Below, piece by piece: positions 36,326 to 45,800 of a DNA stretch of 64,000 nucleotides. Under the pieces are notes generated by a model, which made no database searches, had not been told where the DNA came from, and saw only the letters and a list, made by a program, of their open reading frames with translations. Source of the DNA: an uncultured Kiloniellales bacterium (GTDB taxonomy: Bacteria; Actinomycetota; Acidimicrobiia; Spongiisociales; UBA5794); the NCBI GenBank assembly GCA_964195155.1, contig CAXMOP010000021.1:7007-71006 (forward strand), written 5' to 3'. Every line of letters begins with the position of its first letter. Positions within the stretch are counted from its first letter, which is position 1. The position numbers were made by a program, and so were the translations under genes.

Positions 36326-38354
36326 CGATAGTAGGCCATGGCTCAACGATCTCAACGACGCCCAGCGGGCGGCCGTGCTCCACGATGGCGGCCCGCTGCT
36401 CGTCGTCGCCGGGGCCGGGAGCGGCAAAACGCGCACGCTGGCAAGCAGGGTGGCGCGGCTCATCGACGAGGGGACGCCGGCGGACCGCATCCTGCTCCTC
36501 ACCTTCACCAGGCGGGCGTCCGCTGAGATGCTGCGCCGCGTCGGCGCCCTGGTTGTGGATCGATCGACCGGTGGCGTGTGGGGCGGGACCTTCCATGGGA
36601 CTGCCAACCGACTGCTGCGACGCCATGGCGTCGCGGTTGGGCTCGGCGCCGGGTTCACCGTCATCGATCAGACGGATTCCGCCACGTTGTTCGGGCGCCT
36701 GCGCGCCGAGCGCGGGCTTGGCTCGACCGGGCGCCGTTTTCCGAAGAAGGAGACCATTGCCGCGATCTACTCGCGCACGGTCAACACGCGCTCGCCCCTC
36801 GAGGACACGTTGAAAGACTGGTACCCGTGGGTCGCAGAACATCACGAAGATCTCGGCGGCCTGTTCCGCGCCTATACCAGTCGCAAGCGCGAGACCAACG
36901 TCGTCGACTACGACGACCTGCTCCTGTACTGGCACGCACTGCTCGAATCACCGGCCGCAGGGGCCATCCGAGGACTCTTCGATCACGTGCTTGTCGACGA
37001 ATACCAGGACACCAATCGCAGCCAGGCGCAGATCCTGTCGGCACTTGGTAGTCGGAATGTGACGGTGGTCGGCGACGACGCCCAATCGATTTACTCGTTC
37101 CGCGGAGCGAACGTGGAAAACATCATCGGCTTTTGTGACGACTTTCCCGGCACCACCGTGGTCAAACTCGAGCAGAATTACCGATCGACGCCGCAGATCC
37201 TCGAGGCCGCCAATGCCGTCATCGGCGCCTCGAACGCCGTGTTCCCGAAGCAGCTGTGGTCGGCGCGGCGGGCCGGTCCCAAGCCGGCACTCGTCACCTG
37301 TTACGACGAAGCGGCCCAGGCCGACTTCGTGGCGGATCGCGTGCTCGAACTGCGCGAGCAGGGGATCGAGTTGCGCGATCAAGCCGTGCTGTTCAGGACC
37401 GGGCATCACTCGGCCGGCCTGGAGATCGAGTTATCACGACGCAACATTCCCTTTGTGAAGTTCGGCGGGCTTCGGTTCCTCGAGGCCGCCCACATCAAGG
37501 ACATGATGTCTTTGCTGCGGATTCTGGACAATCCGTACGACGAGCTTGCGTGGGATCGCGTGCTCCAGGCGATGCCGGGGGTCGGTGCTGCGACGGCGCT
37601 GTCGCTGACCGAGCGGCTCGACGATCTGGCGGTTGACGGATCGGGCGATCGGGTGGCCGCCTTCATCTCGGTAGACCTGCCGATGCCGGCAGAGAGCGCC
37701 GAGGCCTATGCCCTGCTTCGTGCCACCCTGGGAGACTGCCGCGGGACGCCGGCGTCACAGCCGTCCCCTGCCGAGCAGATCGAGCGGCTCGCCGAGTTCT
37801 GCGAGGTCGTGTTCGAGGCCAACTACGACGATGCTGCCGCGAGGCTCGCCGACCTCGGTCAGCTGGCAGCCCTGGCTACCGAGCATGCCGACCGCAGCAG
37901 CTTCCTCACCGAGCTCACCCTCGATCCCCCGCTCTCGACCAGCGACCTCGCCGGTCCGCCGCATCTTGACGAGGACTATCTGATCCTGTCCACGATTCAC
38001 TCGGCGAAGGGAGGAGAATGGTCGGCCGTGTTCGTCATCCACGCTGCCGACGGCAACATTCCGTCCGACATGGCGCTCACCGACCCCGGGGGACTCGAGG
38101 AGGAGCGTCGGCTCCTGTACGTCGCGCTGACGAGGGCAAAGAACCATCTGGTGGTGAGCGTGCCCCAGCGCTTTTATCACCACCGCTTCTCGAGCAGTGC
38201 TAACCATTCCTATGCCCTGCCGAGCCGCTTCCTCGAGCCCGCGGCTGGTGCATTTGAGACGAGCGCTACCGGTGGGTCGGGCATCGACGAAGCAGCGGAA
38301 GGCACGGCTGCGGGCACCGACCCGGTTGACGCCATGCTCGAAGAGCTCTGGTAG
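36318..38354 (+). CDS. ATP-dependent DNA helicase, UvrD/PcrA family
   Basis: Motif I AGAGSGKTRTL, Q-motif, helicase motifs through C-term. Confidence 0.9.
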   Translation: MFDDSRPWLNDLNDAQRAAVLHDGGPLLVVAGAGSGKTRTLASRVARLIDEGTPADRILLLTFTRRASAEMLRRVGALVVDRSTGGVWGGTFHGTANRLLRRHGVAVGLGAGFTVIDQTDSATLFGRLRAERGLGSTGRRFPKKETIAAIYSRTVNTRSPLEDTLKDWYPWVAEHHEDLGGLFRAYTSRKRETNVVDYDDLLLYWHALLESPAAGAIRGLFDHVLVDEYQDTNRSQAQILSALGSRNVTVVGDDAQSIYSFRGANVENIIGFCDDFPGTTVVKLEQNYRSTPQILEAANAVIGASNAVFPKQLWSARRAGPKPALVTCYDEAAQADFVADRVLELREQGIELRDQAVLFRTGHHSAGLEIELSRRNIPFVKFGGLRFLEAAHIKDMMSLLRILDNPYDELAWDRVLQAMPGVGAATALSLTERLDDLAVDGSGDRVAAFISVDLPMPAESAEAYALLRATLGDCRGTPASQPSPAEQIERLAEFCEVVFEANYDDAAARLADLGQLAALATEHADRSSFLTELTLDPPLSTSDLAGPPHLDEDYLILSTIHSAKGGEWSAVFVIHAADGNIPSDMALTDPGGLEEERRLLYVALTRAKNHLVVSVPQRFYHHRFSSSANHSYALPSRFLEPAAGAFETSATGGSGIDEAAEGTAAGTDPVDAMLEELW

Positions 38355-38359
38355 GCGGC

Positions 38360-39232
38360 TCAGCGGTTCAGTGGTTCCGCCGCCATCAAACTGCTGCGCA
38401 AGAACTCATCTACCTGCGGGAAGTACGGCTCGTAGGCATCCAGATCGGAGTGGTTGCCATTGGGCACCACGATGAGCGTGCAGCTCGGCTGATGTTCGCG
38501 AAGGCTCAACGCATCCTCGACCGGGACGACCTCGTCGGCATCACCGTGGATGAGCAGCAGCGGAACCTCAACATCTCCGATCCTGTTGCGCGGCGCGATG
38601 TCGTCGTAAGAGACGCCGATCATCTGTCGGATCACCCGAAGCAATGTCCACTTGATCGGCGCCGGGTATGGGATCGCACGCCACATCAACTCCTCGGGGT
38701 GGGCAAACGACGCCACCGCCACCACGGCGTCGACGTCGGCGTTGCGGGATGCCACCAGGATCGACGCAGCCGCGCCCACCGAGTGCCCGATGACCCCGAT
38801 CGTCGTGACGTCTTCGCGTGCCCGGAGCCAGGCCACTGCGGTCTCGAGGTCCTCGGCGAACCTCGGCATGGACATGAAGTCTTCCTCGTCGGAAAGCCCG
38901 TGCGTCCGAGCGTCGAGGAACAAGGCATGCAGCCCGATGCCGTTGAGACCGGGCGCGATGGGAAGCATGTCGGCGGCCGTCCCTCCCCAACCGTGGAGCA
39001 CCACGACGGCCGGCGCCGTCTCCGCCCCAGGGATGAACCAACCATGGAGTCGCTTCTCGTTCGGGCCCTCGATCCACACCTCCTCGCCGTCGAGTCCCAT
39101 GTCTCGAGGCGTGGTGTCGGGCATGGCGCGCTGAGGAACCGCGAACATTCGCCTCAATAGCGACGGGGCGGCCAACGCGGCCCCCACCACCAGCCCAAGC
39201 GGGATCGCGATCGGGATCAGTGCCTTTCTCAT
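38360..39232 (-). CDS. alpha/beta hydrolase
   Basis: Nucleophile elbow GHSVG, signal/TM N-term. Confidence 0.8.
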   Translation of the reverse strand: MRKALIPIAIPLGLVVGAALAAPSLLRRMFAVPQRAMPDTTPRDMGLDGEEVWIEGPNEKRLHGWFIPGAETAPAVVVLHGWGGTAADMLPIAPGLNGIGLHALFLDARTHGLSDEEDFMSMPRFAEDLETAVAWLRAREDVTTIGVIGHSVGAAASILVASRNADVDAVVAVASFAHPEELMWRAIPYPAPIKWTLLRVIRQMIGVSYDDIAPRNRIGDVEVPLLLIHGDADEVVPVEDALSLREHQPSCTLIVVPNGNHSDLDAYEPYFPQVDEFLRSSLMAAEPLNR

Positions 39233-39284
39233 CTTCAGATGCTAGAAGGGCGATGTTGTTGTCTCTTCGGACCGCCGCCGGCCG

Positions 39285-39605
39285 GGCATCAGGGGGAGGT
39301 GCCGAGCGCCAGCGAGGCGGAGGGGGTCAAGGCGTGGTCGCGGCCACGCCTTGCGGCGGGACTCCCCCCTGAGGGGGGAGCAAAGAAAGGGCCGCGGCGC
39401 CACGGCTTTACCCCCCTCCCTTCTCGGGAAGGTGGCGACAACAGCGAGGTGGCTTCTTTGCCTCCCCCTCAGCTCAGGGGGAGGTGCCGAGCGCCAGCGA
39501 GGCGGAGGGGGTCAAGGCGTGGTCGCGGCAACGGTTTGACCCCCCTCCCCGCCTTGCGGCGGGACTCCCCCCTTGAGTTGAGGGGGGATCAAAGAAAGGG
39601 CCGCG
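39285..39605. repeat. family C GC-rich multi-hairpin repeat, two tandem units
   Basis: CATCAGGGGGAGGTGCCGAGCGCCAGCGAGGCGGAGGGGGTCAAGGCGTGGTCGCGG... x2. Confidence 0.85.
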
Positions 39606-39608
39606 GCG

Positions 39609-40781
39609 CTAGTCCGGCAGCGAAAACGCCACCAGCCCGCCGGGGCCTGGCTCTGCCCAGATGTGTCCGCCAAGCTCCTCGACCAGTTCCCTGGCGACTG
39701 CCAGCCCGAGGCCCGCACCTCCGGTCGATCGGGAGCGAGCCGGATCGGCTCTGGCGAACTCGTCGAAGGCCGCCTCGGTAAAGGAGGGCGGAAAGCCCGG
39801 CCCCTCGTCGGCGACCGTGACGGTTGCCGGCATCTCGACGGTGACCGTGATCTCCGAGCCGGACGGGGCGTGCCTGATCGCGTTGTCCAACAGATTCCGG
39901 ATCACCCGACCGATCGGCGCTGGTCCGGTATTGATCACAGAGGTTCCGTCAGTGTCGAGGCGGACGTTGACACCGGCTTGCCGCGACACCGGCGCCAGCA
40001 CCTCGATCGCCTCGTCGACGATCTCGGCGAGATCCACCGGCATCCGCTCGTACTCGAACCCTCCTGACTCGATGCGAGCGAGCAGAAACAGGTCGTCCAC
40101 GAGCTGGTTCAGCACCCGGGTGTCGCCCTCAATCGAAGCCAGGTATCGATCCGGGTCGGATGCCACACCGTCCCGCAACGCCTCAGCAGCGGCCTGGAGT
40201 GCGGCGAGCGGGGAGCGGAGGTCGTGGCTTACCGATGCGAAGAATCGCCGGCGAGCCTCATCGTCACGAGCTCGCTCGATGTCGAGGGCGGCAAGCTCCC
40301 GTGCCATTTCATCGACCGCATGCGCAGTGGACCCGACCTCGTCGGCGCGGTCGACCCCGGTTCTTGCGGTGAGGTCCCCGCCGGCAATTCGGGATGCTGT
40401 TTCCGCAACGCTGCGGAGATCCTCGGTCCAAGGTTTGGCGACCGATACAGCAAAGCTCAGGCCGGCGACCAGGCCGAGTCCGAGAACGACGATGAGCAGC
40501 TGGGCGTCGTGCGTCGACAGGAACATCCGCTGCGCAGAGACCACCGCGCCGACGATGACGATCAGCAGAGCGGTGGCGATGAGCGCGATCAGCGTTCCAC
40601 GCAGCGAGGTCGCCCGGCGTGCCCACCGGGGCAATGCCCAGGCGGCGACGGCTGCGGCGACGACCATGCCGAGAAGGATGGCGAGCAGCTCGACCCGTTC
40701 AGCCCCCGACGGCTGCATGCCGATCTCGAAAAGGGCGACGCCCACGAGGACAGCAGCGACGGCGAGTCCCAGGATCCTCAT
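39609..40781 (-). CDS. sensor histidine kinase
   Basis: 2 TM, HAMP, H-box SVSHDLRSPLAAL, HATPase_c; ATG 40781 overlaps RR stop (ATGA). Confidence 0.85.
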   Translation of the reverse strand: MRILGLAVAAVLVGVALFEIGMQPSGAERVELLAILLGMVVAAAVAAWALPRWARRATSLRGTLIALIATALLIVIVGAVVSAQRMFLSTHDAQLLIVVLGLGLVAGLSFAVSVAKPWTEDLRSVAETASRIAGGDLTARTGVDRADEVGSTAHAVDEMARELAALDIERARDDEARRRFFASVSHDLRSPLAALQAAAEALRDGVASDPDRYLASIEGDTRVLNQLVDDLFLLARIESGGFEYERMPVDLAEIVDEAIEVLAPVSRQAGVNVRLDTDGTSVINTGPAPIGRVIRNLLDNAIRHAPSGSEITVTVEMPATVTVADEGPGFPPSFTEAAFDEFARADPARSRSTGGAGLGLAVARELVEELGGHIWAEPGPGGLVAFSLPD

Positions 40782-41527
40782 GGCTCGAAGCGGTATCCCA
40801 TGCCGCGCACGGTCGTGATCCACTTTGGCCGTTCGGGGTCGGCCTCGATCTTCTGGCGCAGGCGGGCGACGTGCACGGTGACGGTGGACGGGTCCTGGTA
40901 ATCGGGAGACGAGTCCCACACCTGTTCGAGAAGCTCGGATCGAGACATCGCGGTGCGTGGCGCCGATGCGAGGTGTGCGAGGAGATCGAACTCCATCGGC
41001 GTCAGCTTGACCAGCGCGCCGTGGAGCTCGACCTCCCTGCTCGAGCCGTCGATGACGAGACCGTCGAACTCCAACCGCTCGGCCAGCCTCGGCGCCTGGG
41101 TCCTGCGGAGCACCGAACGGACCCTGGCAACGACTTCTCGCGGAGAGAACGGCTTGACGACGTAGTCGTCTGCGCCAAGCTCGAGGCCAACGATGCGGTC
41201 GGGCTCTTCCGCACGGGCCGTGAGCAGGATCACCGGCACCGAGCTGTTCTTGCGAAGGCTGGTCAGTACGGCAAACCCATCCAGCTCGGGCAGCATGACG
41301 TCGAGCACGATCAGATCGGGCTTGGTCGAGGCGGCCAGATCGAGGGCGTCCTGTCCGTTCGCTGCCTCGTCGACGGCGTACCCGTCTCGTTTGAGGTAGC
41401 CAACGAGTACCTCGCGCACCATCGGCTCGTCGTCGACGACGAGGATCCGCCTAACCGCGCCGTTTCCCTGCGAGGACACGCCCATATCGTAAGGGCGCGT
41501 CCTCGCAAGGTTGGTGGTCGATGTCAA
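40778..41527 (-). CDS. OmpR-family response regulator
   Basis: REC VVDDEP...D, winged-helix C-term TVRGMGYRF. Confidence 0.88.
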   Translation of the reverse strand: MTSTTNLARTRPYDMGVSSQGNGAVRRILVVDDEPMVREVLVGYLKRDGYAVDEAANGQDALDLAASTKPDLIVLDVMLPELDGFAVLTSLRKNSSVPVILLTARAEEPDRIVGLELGADDYVVKPFSPREVVARVRSVLRRTQAPRLAERLEFDGLVIDGSSREVELHGALVKLTPMEFDLLAHLASAPRTAMSRSELLEQVWDSSPDYQDPSTVTVHVARLRQKIEADPERPKWITTVRGMGYRFEP

Positions 41528-42495
41528 CCGAGTGTCGCAATTCCGCCGGGCAGGTCGCCGGCGTTGTTGCTGAGTTCATAGCTGACGTGGTCGGAAGCCG
41601 GGTCATCGGCCTGGCCGACCAGGGGCTTCAGGACAAACGGCTCCGGGCTGTCATCCGGGTCGGGCTCAACAGACACCACGATCGTGGCGCCGCTCAGGTC
41701 CGTCGGGAACGTCACATTCTCCGGCGCATTGACCAGGAAGTCCTCGCCGGGGAAGGGAGGTCCGTCCTCGGGCCCCGAGAATGGTGCTGCGTCATCAGGG
41801 GCCGTCGCGTCGAGGAACGTCCCGGTTGTCACGGGGACACCGTCGATTACCGCCCAGCCCTCGTAGTTCCAACCCGCCGGGAGCACCGGCAGCTGCAAGC
41901 TTGCGGTAGGACCGGGAAGCTCGATGAACCAGATCCCGCTCAGCTCGTCGTTGTCGTCGCCATTGGTCGGTGTCGCGAGCAGCACCGTGCCGAGGGCGTC
42001 GGCGAAGTCGGTACCGAGTGCAGCCGGGTGGGCGATCGAGAGCTCAGCGCTGCCATCGACGACGTCACCTGCGACGAATTTGGTATCGGACGGAACGGCG
42101 TCGGTGTCGCCGGCCGGTTCGATCGTGACGATAATCGTTGATGCGGTGTCAAGGTCTGGCACCGGGAAGCTCTCGATGGCTCCGCCGTCGATATCGACGA
42201 TCGCTCCGTCCTCGATGTTGAACTTGCCGGCAGAGATCGGGGTGCCGTCAATGAGCGCCCAGTTCTCATAGTGGACTCCGTTAGCCAGCGTAGGAAACCC
42301 GGTGACGTCGAGGGTCAGCCCCGGCTCCATTTCTTCCATGGCCTCGGTTGTCGTTGTTGCGGCTTCAGTGGTGGTCGTCACGTCGGCCGCAGTGGTTGTC
42401 GTGGCGTCATCTGCGACGTCGTCGTTGGTACCGCACGCAGCGGCGACGAGTCCAAACGCCGCCACCAGCACGATGATTCGTAATGCCTTGTTCAT
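41524..42495 (-). CDS. secreted lipoprotein with two tandem anti-sigma-K (RskA) C-terminal-like domains
   Basis: Lipobox VAAAC; repeated ...YENWALIDG..ISAGKF...TIIVTIEPAGD / EGWAVIDG..VTTGTF..TIVVSVEPDPD; co-oriented directly upstream of RR-HK. Confidence 0.55.
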   Translation of the reverse strand: MNKALRIIVLVAAFGLVAAACGTNDDVADDATTTTAADVTTTTEAATTTTEAMEEMEPGLTLDVTGFPTLANGVHYENWALIDGTPISAGKFNIEDGAIVDIDGGAIESFPVPDLDTASTIIVTIEPAGDTDAVPSDTKFVAGDVVDGSAELSIAHPAALGTDFADALGTVLLATPTNGDDNDELSGIWFIELPGPTASLQLPVLPAGWNYEGWAVIDGVPVTTGTFLDATAPDDAAPFSGPEDGPPFPGEDFLVNAPENVTFPTDLSGATIVVSVEPDPDDSPEPFVLKPLVGQADDPASDHVSYELSNNAGDLPGGIATLG

Positions 42496-42658
42496 GGGTT
42501 GCTTTCTCTGATCTGTGGGCGCGATTCGACGCCCGGTCGAGGTGGGCAACGGGCCGGATGATGGTCTCGTTCCGGATCCCAGTGGTGTTCACACGAGGTT
42601 CCTCGTTTGTTGACGGAGCTGTAAGAAACCCAGTCTCCCCCCGAAGGCGACGAGAGAC

Positions 42659-42773
42659 TAGGAGGGTGTTGAGCAATCCTCTAGCGTGCGGGGGCTGACT
42701 GGAGAAACCGAGTCACCGCAACACTCAAGCGAGCGGCGGCTCAGGGCACTCGTCATCGTTCAATACCGTCCTA
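42659..42773. repeat. family A TIR element copy 4 (reverse orientation); terminal CTA is methyltransferase stop on minus strand
   Basis: TAGGAGGGTGTTGAGCAATCC...CGTTCAATACCGTCCTAG. Confidence 0.85.
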
Positions 42774-43535
42774 GGTCTTGCGGGCCCGCCAGATCTCTTC
42801 AGAGGGCCATCGGTGTGCCCACGCTGCGTCGACATGGTCCCAATCGGTAACGGCTTCCTTCGGCGCTTGGAGCTCGATCAGATCGAGGATCTCAAATCCG
42901 CTGTCTCTCAGAAGCCGGATCCGGTCGCCGTGACTGAGATGGAACTCCACCCCATCGTCCTCGATCTCCGGCCAGTCGTAGCGGTGCATTCCGAACTGGC
43001 TGCGGAGGAGTCGAGGCCCCGCCGCCTCGCCTTCGCGGTCGGGCACGCACAGGATGAACAGCGTGGAGTTGCCCAGGAATATGAGCTCGCCGCCCGTCCG
43101 AAGCACCCTGGCAGCCTCCGGGATCCAGAGATACTGGTCGGACCAGATCGCCGAGCCGTACTCGGAGATGACCACATCAAATGACTCATCGCGAAAGGGG
43201 AGCCGCTCGGCGATGCCGTGGATGAGCGGAAATGCCAGGTTGTGTTGTTCCTGCATGCGCTTGGCCGTAGCGAGCTGGCCTTGGGAGTTGTCGAGGCCGA
43301 TCGGCATACCGCCAAGCTTGGCGATCCAGGCAGACACATAACCGGTGCCGCAGCCGTCCTCGAGCACTGCCTTGCCCGCGATGTCGACGAGCAGGCCGAC
43401 CTCGGCCTCAGGGACGCCCCAGATGCCCCAGCTGGGATCGCTCGTCCAGTTGCGATCCGCCCACTCGGCGAACTGTGGCGCCTGGTCATTCCAGAAGCTG
43501 CGGTTGCCCTCGACGTAGTCCGGCGTCTCGGTTAC
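42771..43535 (-). CDS. class I SAM-dependent methyltransferase; conserved N-terminus has no ATG/GTG/TTG, possible GTA start at 43535 overlapping upstream TAA
   Basis: Motif I VLEDGCGTG; in-frame upstream NRSFWNDQAPQFAEW...WGIWGVPEAEVGLLVDIAGK resembles family N-term; first canonical start (GTG 43367) is inside motif I. Confidence 0.55.
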   Translation of the reverse strand, partial: VTETPDYVEGNRSFWNDQAPQFAEWADRNWTSDPSWGIWGVPEAEVGLLVDIAGKAVLEDGCGTGYVSAWIAKLGGMPIGLDNSQGQLATAKRMQEQHNLAFPLIHGIAERLPFRDESFDVVISEYGSAIWSDQYLWIPEAARVLRTGGELIFLGNSTLFILCVPDREGEAAGPRLLRSQFGMHRYDWPEIEDDGVEFHLSHGDRIRLLRDSGFEILDLIELQAPKEAVTDWDHVDAAWAHRWPSEEIWRARKT

Positions 43536-44407
43536 GGCGCACCCCCGCCGAGCCAGCGCACGAACCGCTTCAGGACCTCACCGCTCGAGCCGGCTGTTGG
43601 GTCGCCGGCCTTGTCGAGCACGGCCTTGTACTGGTCTGCGGCGGCGGCGAGCTCTTCCCGCGACCAGGGCCCGTGGTCCTTGCTGGCTCCGCGGAGGACG
43701 GCGAGCGCTTCCTCGACCGAGAACCTCCCCGCCGTCACCTCCCTGCCCACCACGACACCGGTCAATCCCTCGATCTTCAGCAGCTCCCTGAAGTCGTCGA
43801 GATCGCGCACACCGCCCGCGGCAATGACCTCCTCGTCGACGATGTTGGTGGCGGTGCGCAGTGCCTCGAAGTTCGGCGGGTCTTCGAGGGCGTCGCGGCC
43901 CACTTCGGTGATCATGAAGGCCGCGGCCCCGGCCGACGACAGTTCGATCAGCGTCTCCTCTAGGTACTTGCCCGTCCCTTCAGTCCAGCCCTGAGTGACC
44001 AACTCCTGGTCGGCGGTGATGTCAAGGCTGACCACGATCTGGCCGGGATGCTCCCTGTTGATCTCCCAGAACAGCACCTGGTCGTCGAGTGCCAGCGTGC
44101 CGACGACGACCCGCCATGCTCCGTCGTCGAGAAGCCGATCGATCTCGAGGCGGGAGCGAGCGCCTCCCCCGACCTGTACCGGGACGTCGAGCTCGGCGAT
44201 GATCTCGCGAATCACCGGTCGGTTGCGGTAGTCGCCGTGAATGGCAGCGTCCAGGTCGACGACGTGGAGGCGGTCGGCTCCTTTCTCCACCCAACCCTTG
44301 GCGCGCCCTACGCAATCTGCGTCGAGGTGGATCACCTCATCCAGCGTCCCGTGCGGCAGTCGAACCGCCGCACCGTCCAGAATGTTCACTCGTGCATAGA
44401 GCTGCAT
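43532..44407 (-). CDS. HisA/PriA-like (beta/alpha)8 isomerase with ~60-aa C-terminal extension (orphan, not in a his operon)
   Basis: MQLYARVNILDGAAVRLPHG..., GGGARS phosphate-binding. Confidence 0.65.
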   Translation of the reverse strand: MQLYARVNILDGAAVRLPHGTLDEVIHLDADCVGRAKGWVEKGADRLHVVDLDAAIHGDYRNRPVIREIIAELDVPVQVGGGARSRLEIDRLLDDGAWRVVVGTLALDDQVLFWEINREHPGQIVVSLDITADQELVTQGWTEGTGKYLEETLIELSSAGAAAFMITEVGRDALEDPPNFEALRTATNIVDEEVIAAGGVRDLDDFRELLKIEGLTGVVVGREVTAGRFSVEEALAVLRGASKDHGPWSREELAAAADQYKAVLDKAGDPTAGSSGEVLKRFVRWLGGGAP

Positions 44408-44449
44408 GAGCTCCACCCTACAAAGCGTCGTAGTCATATCTCCCGGGGG

Positions 44450-44632
44450 GAGTCGCGAGTCGCGAGTCGCGAGCTATGACCGAATCGCTTCTCGATACAG
44501 AACTCGCGATCAGGCAGTCGGGCGGCGAGCCCCTGCGAGCCGCCCAACAAACATGACCGAATCGCTTCTCGATACAGAACCCGCGATCAGGCAGTCGGGC
44601 GGCGAGCCCCTGCGAGTCGCCCATGGGAATGG
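44450..44632. repeat. (GAGTCGC)x3 heptads followed by two tandem copies of ~72-nt family D unit (ATGACCGAATCGCTTCTCGATACAGAACYCGCGATCAGGCAGTCGGGCGGCGAGCCCCTGCGAGYCGCCCA)
   Basis: Direct comparison 44474-44552 vs 44553-44632. Confidence 0.85.
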
Positions 44633-44670
44633 CGAGCCTTAACCGCGGAAGCAGTTAGTTTCCCGCTCAC

Positions 44671-45654
44671 ATGCGCTATGGAGCTTTCATCCCGCAGGGC
44701 TGGCGTCTCGACCTCATGGGCATCGACCGCCACGAGCAATGGCCGACAATGCTTGCCGTCGCAAGAGACATCGAGGCCGCCGGTTACGAATCGCTGTGGG
44801 TGTTCGATCACTTCCACACGGTCCCGATCGGCACACAGGAGTCCAGCTACGAAGCATGGACGCTGATGGCGGCCCTTGCCGCCACCACCGACACGGTGAG
44901 AATCGGTCAGATGTGCACATCGATCGCGTACCGCAACCCGGCCTACCTGGCGAAGATCGCGGCGGACATCGACGTGATCTCCAACGGCCGTCTCGAGATG
45001 GGAATCGGCGCCGGCTGGTACCAGGAGGAGTACGACGGCTACGGCTACGACTTCCCCAAGCCATCGGTACGCATCGGGGAGCTCCAGGAGGGCGTCGAGA
45101 TCATGCGCCGGATGTGGACCGAGGACGAGGTCGAGTACGACGGGAAGTACTTCACGCTCCACGGTGCGATCGCGAATCCGAAACCGATCCAGGGATTGCT
45201 GCCGATGTGGATTGCCGGCGGCGGCGAGCAACTCACCCTCCGTGTCGCTGCCAGATACGCCGACTACACAAACTTCGGGCTCGAGCTCGACGCCTTCGCG
45301 CATAAGAGCGAAGTGCTTGCAGATCACTGTCGGGCGGTCGGACGAGATTTCGACGAGATCGTGCGTTCGGTGAACTTCACCGTGCTCATCGACGAGGATC
45401 AGCAGGTCGTCACCGACAAGCTCGACGAGATCGAGACACGGATGACGAAGCTGGTCGGCGCCGAAAAAGCGGAGCGAACGCGAGCCACGTACGAGAAGCA
45501 CGGGCTCATTGGCACACCGGACCAGATCATCGAGCAGCTCGGCCCCTGGCAAGACGCCGGGATGCGCTACATCATCGGTTACTTCCCCGACGCCGCCTAC
45601 GACCGCACCAGCCTCGATCTGTTCGCGAAGATCAGTAGATCAGTAGCTGAGTAG
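44671..45654 (+). CDS. LLM-class F420-dependent oxidoreductase
   Basis: MRYGAFIPQGWR...ESLWVFDHF. Confidence 0.85.
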   Translation: MRYGAFIPQGWRLDLMGIDRHEQWPTMLAVARDIEAAGYESLWVFDHFHTVPIGTQESSYEAWTLMAALAATTDTVRIGQMCTSIAYRNPAYLAKIAADIDVISNGRLEMGIGAGWYQEEYDGYGYDFPKPSVRIGELQEGVEIMRRMWTEDEVEYDGKYFTLHGAIANPKPIQGLLPMWIAGGGEQLTLRVAARYADYTNFGLELDAFAHKSEVLADHCRAVGRDFDEIVRSVNFTVLIDEDQQVVTDKLDEIETRMTKLVGAEKAERTRATYEKHGLIGTPDQIIEQLGPWQDAGMRYIIGYFPDAAYDRTSLDLFAKISRSVAE

Positions 45655-45750
45655 ATCAGTAGCTGGGTAGATCAGTGTCTGCCTTAGCTACTTGGTCTGC
45701 CTTAGCTACTTGGCTACTTCGCTACTTCGCTACTGCTTCGCTACTTCGGT
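45630..45750. repeat. heptad/octad-repeat hairpin (GATCAGTAGM x5 ... CTACTTSGC x6)
   Basis: Inverted arms of tandem units; left arm encodes last codons of LLM. Confidence 0.75.
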
Positions 45751-45800
45751 AGGTCGCTCGGCCTCTTCTCGCTAGCTCGAGTTGTCGGTACGCTGACCCC

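Noticed and set aside
43532-43580. Programmed frameshift fusing the HisA-like gene to the methyltransferase
   Set aside because: No slippery heptamer or pseudoknot is apparent. A non-canonical or mutated start is the simpler explanation, kept as a finding.
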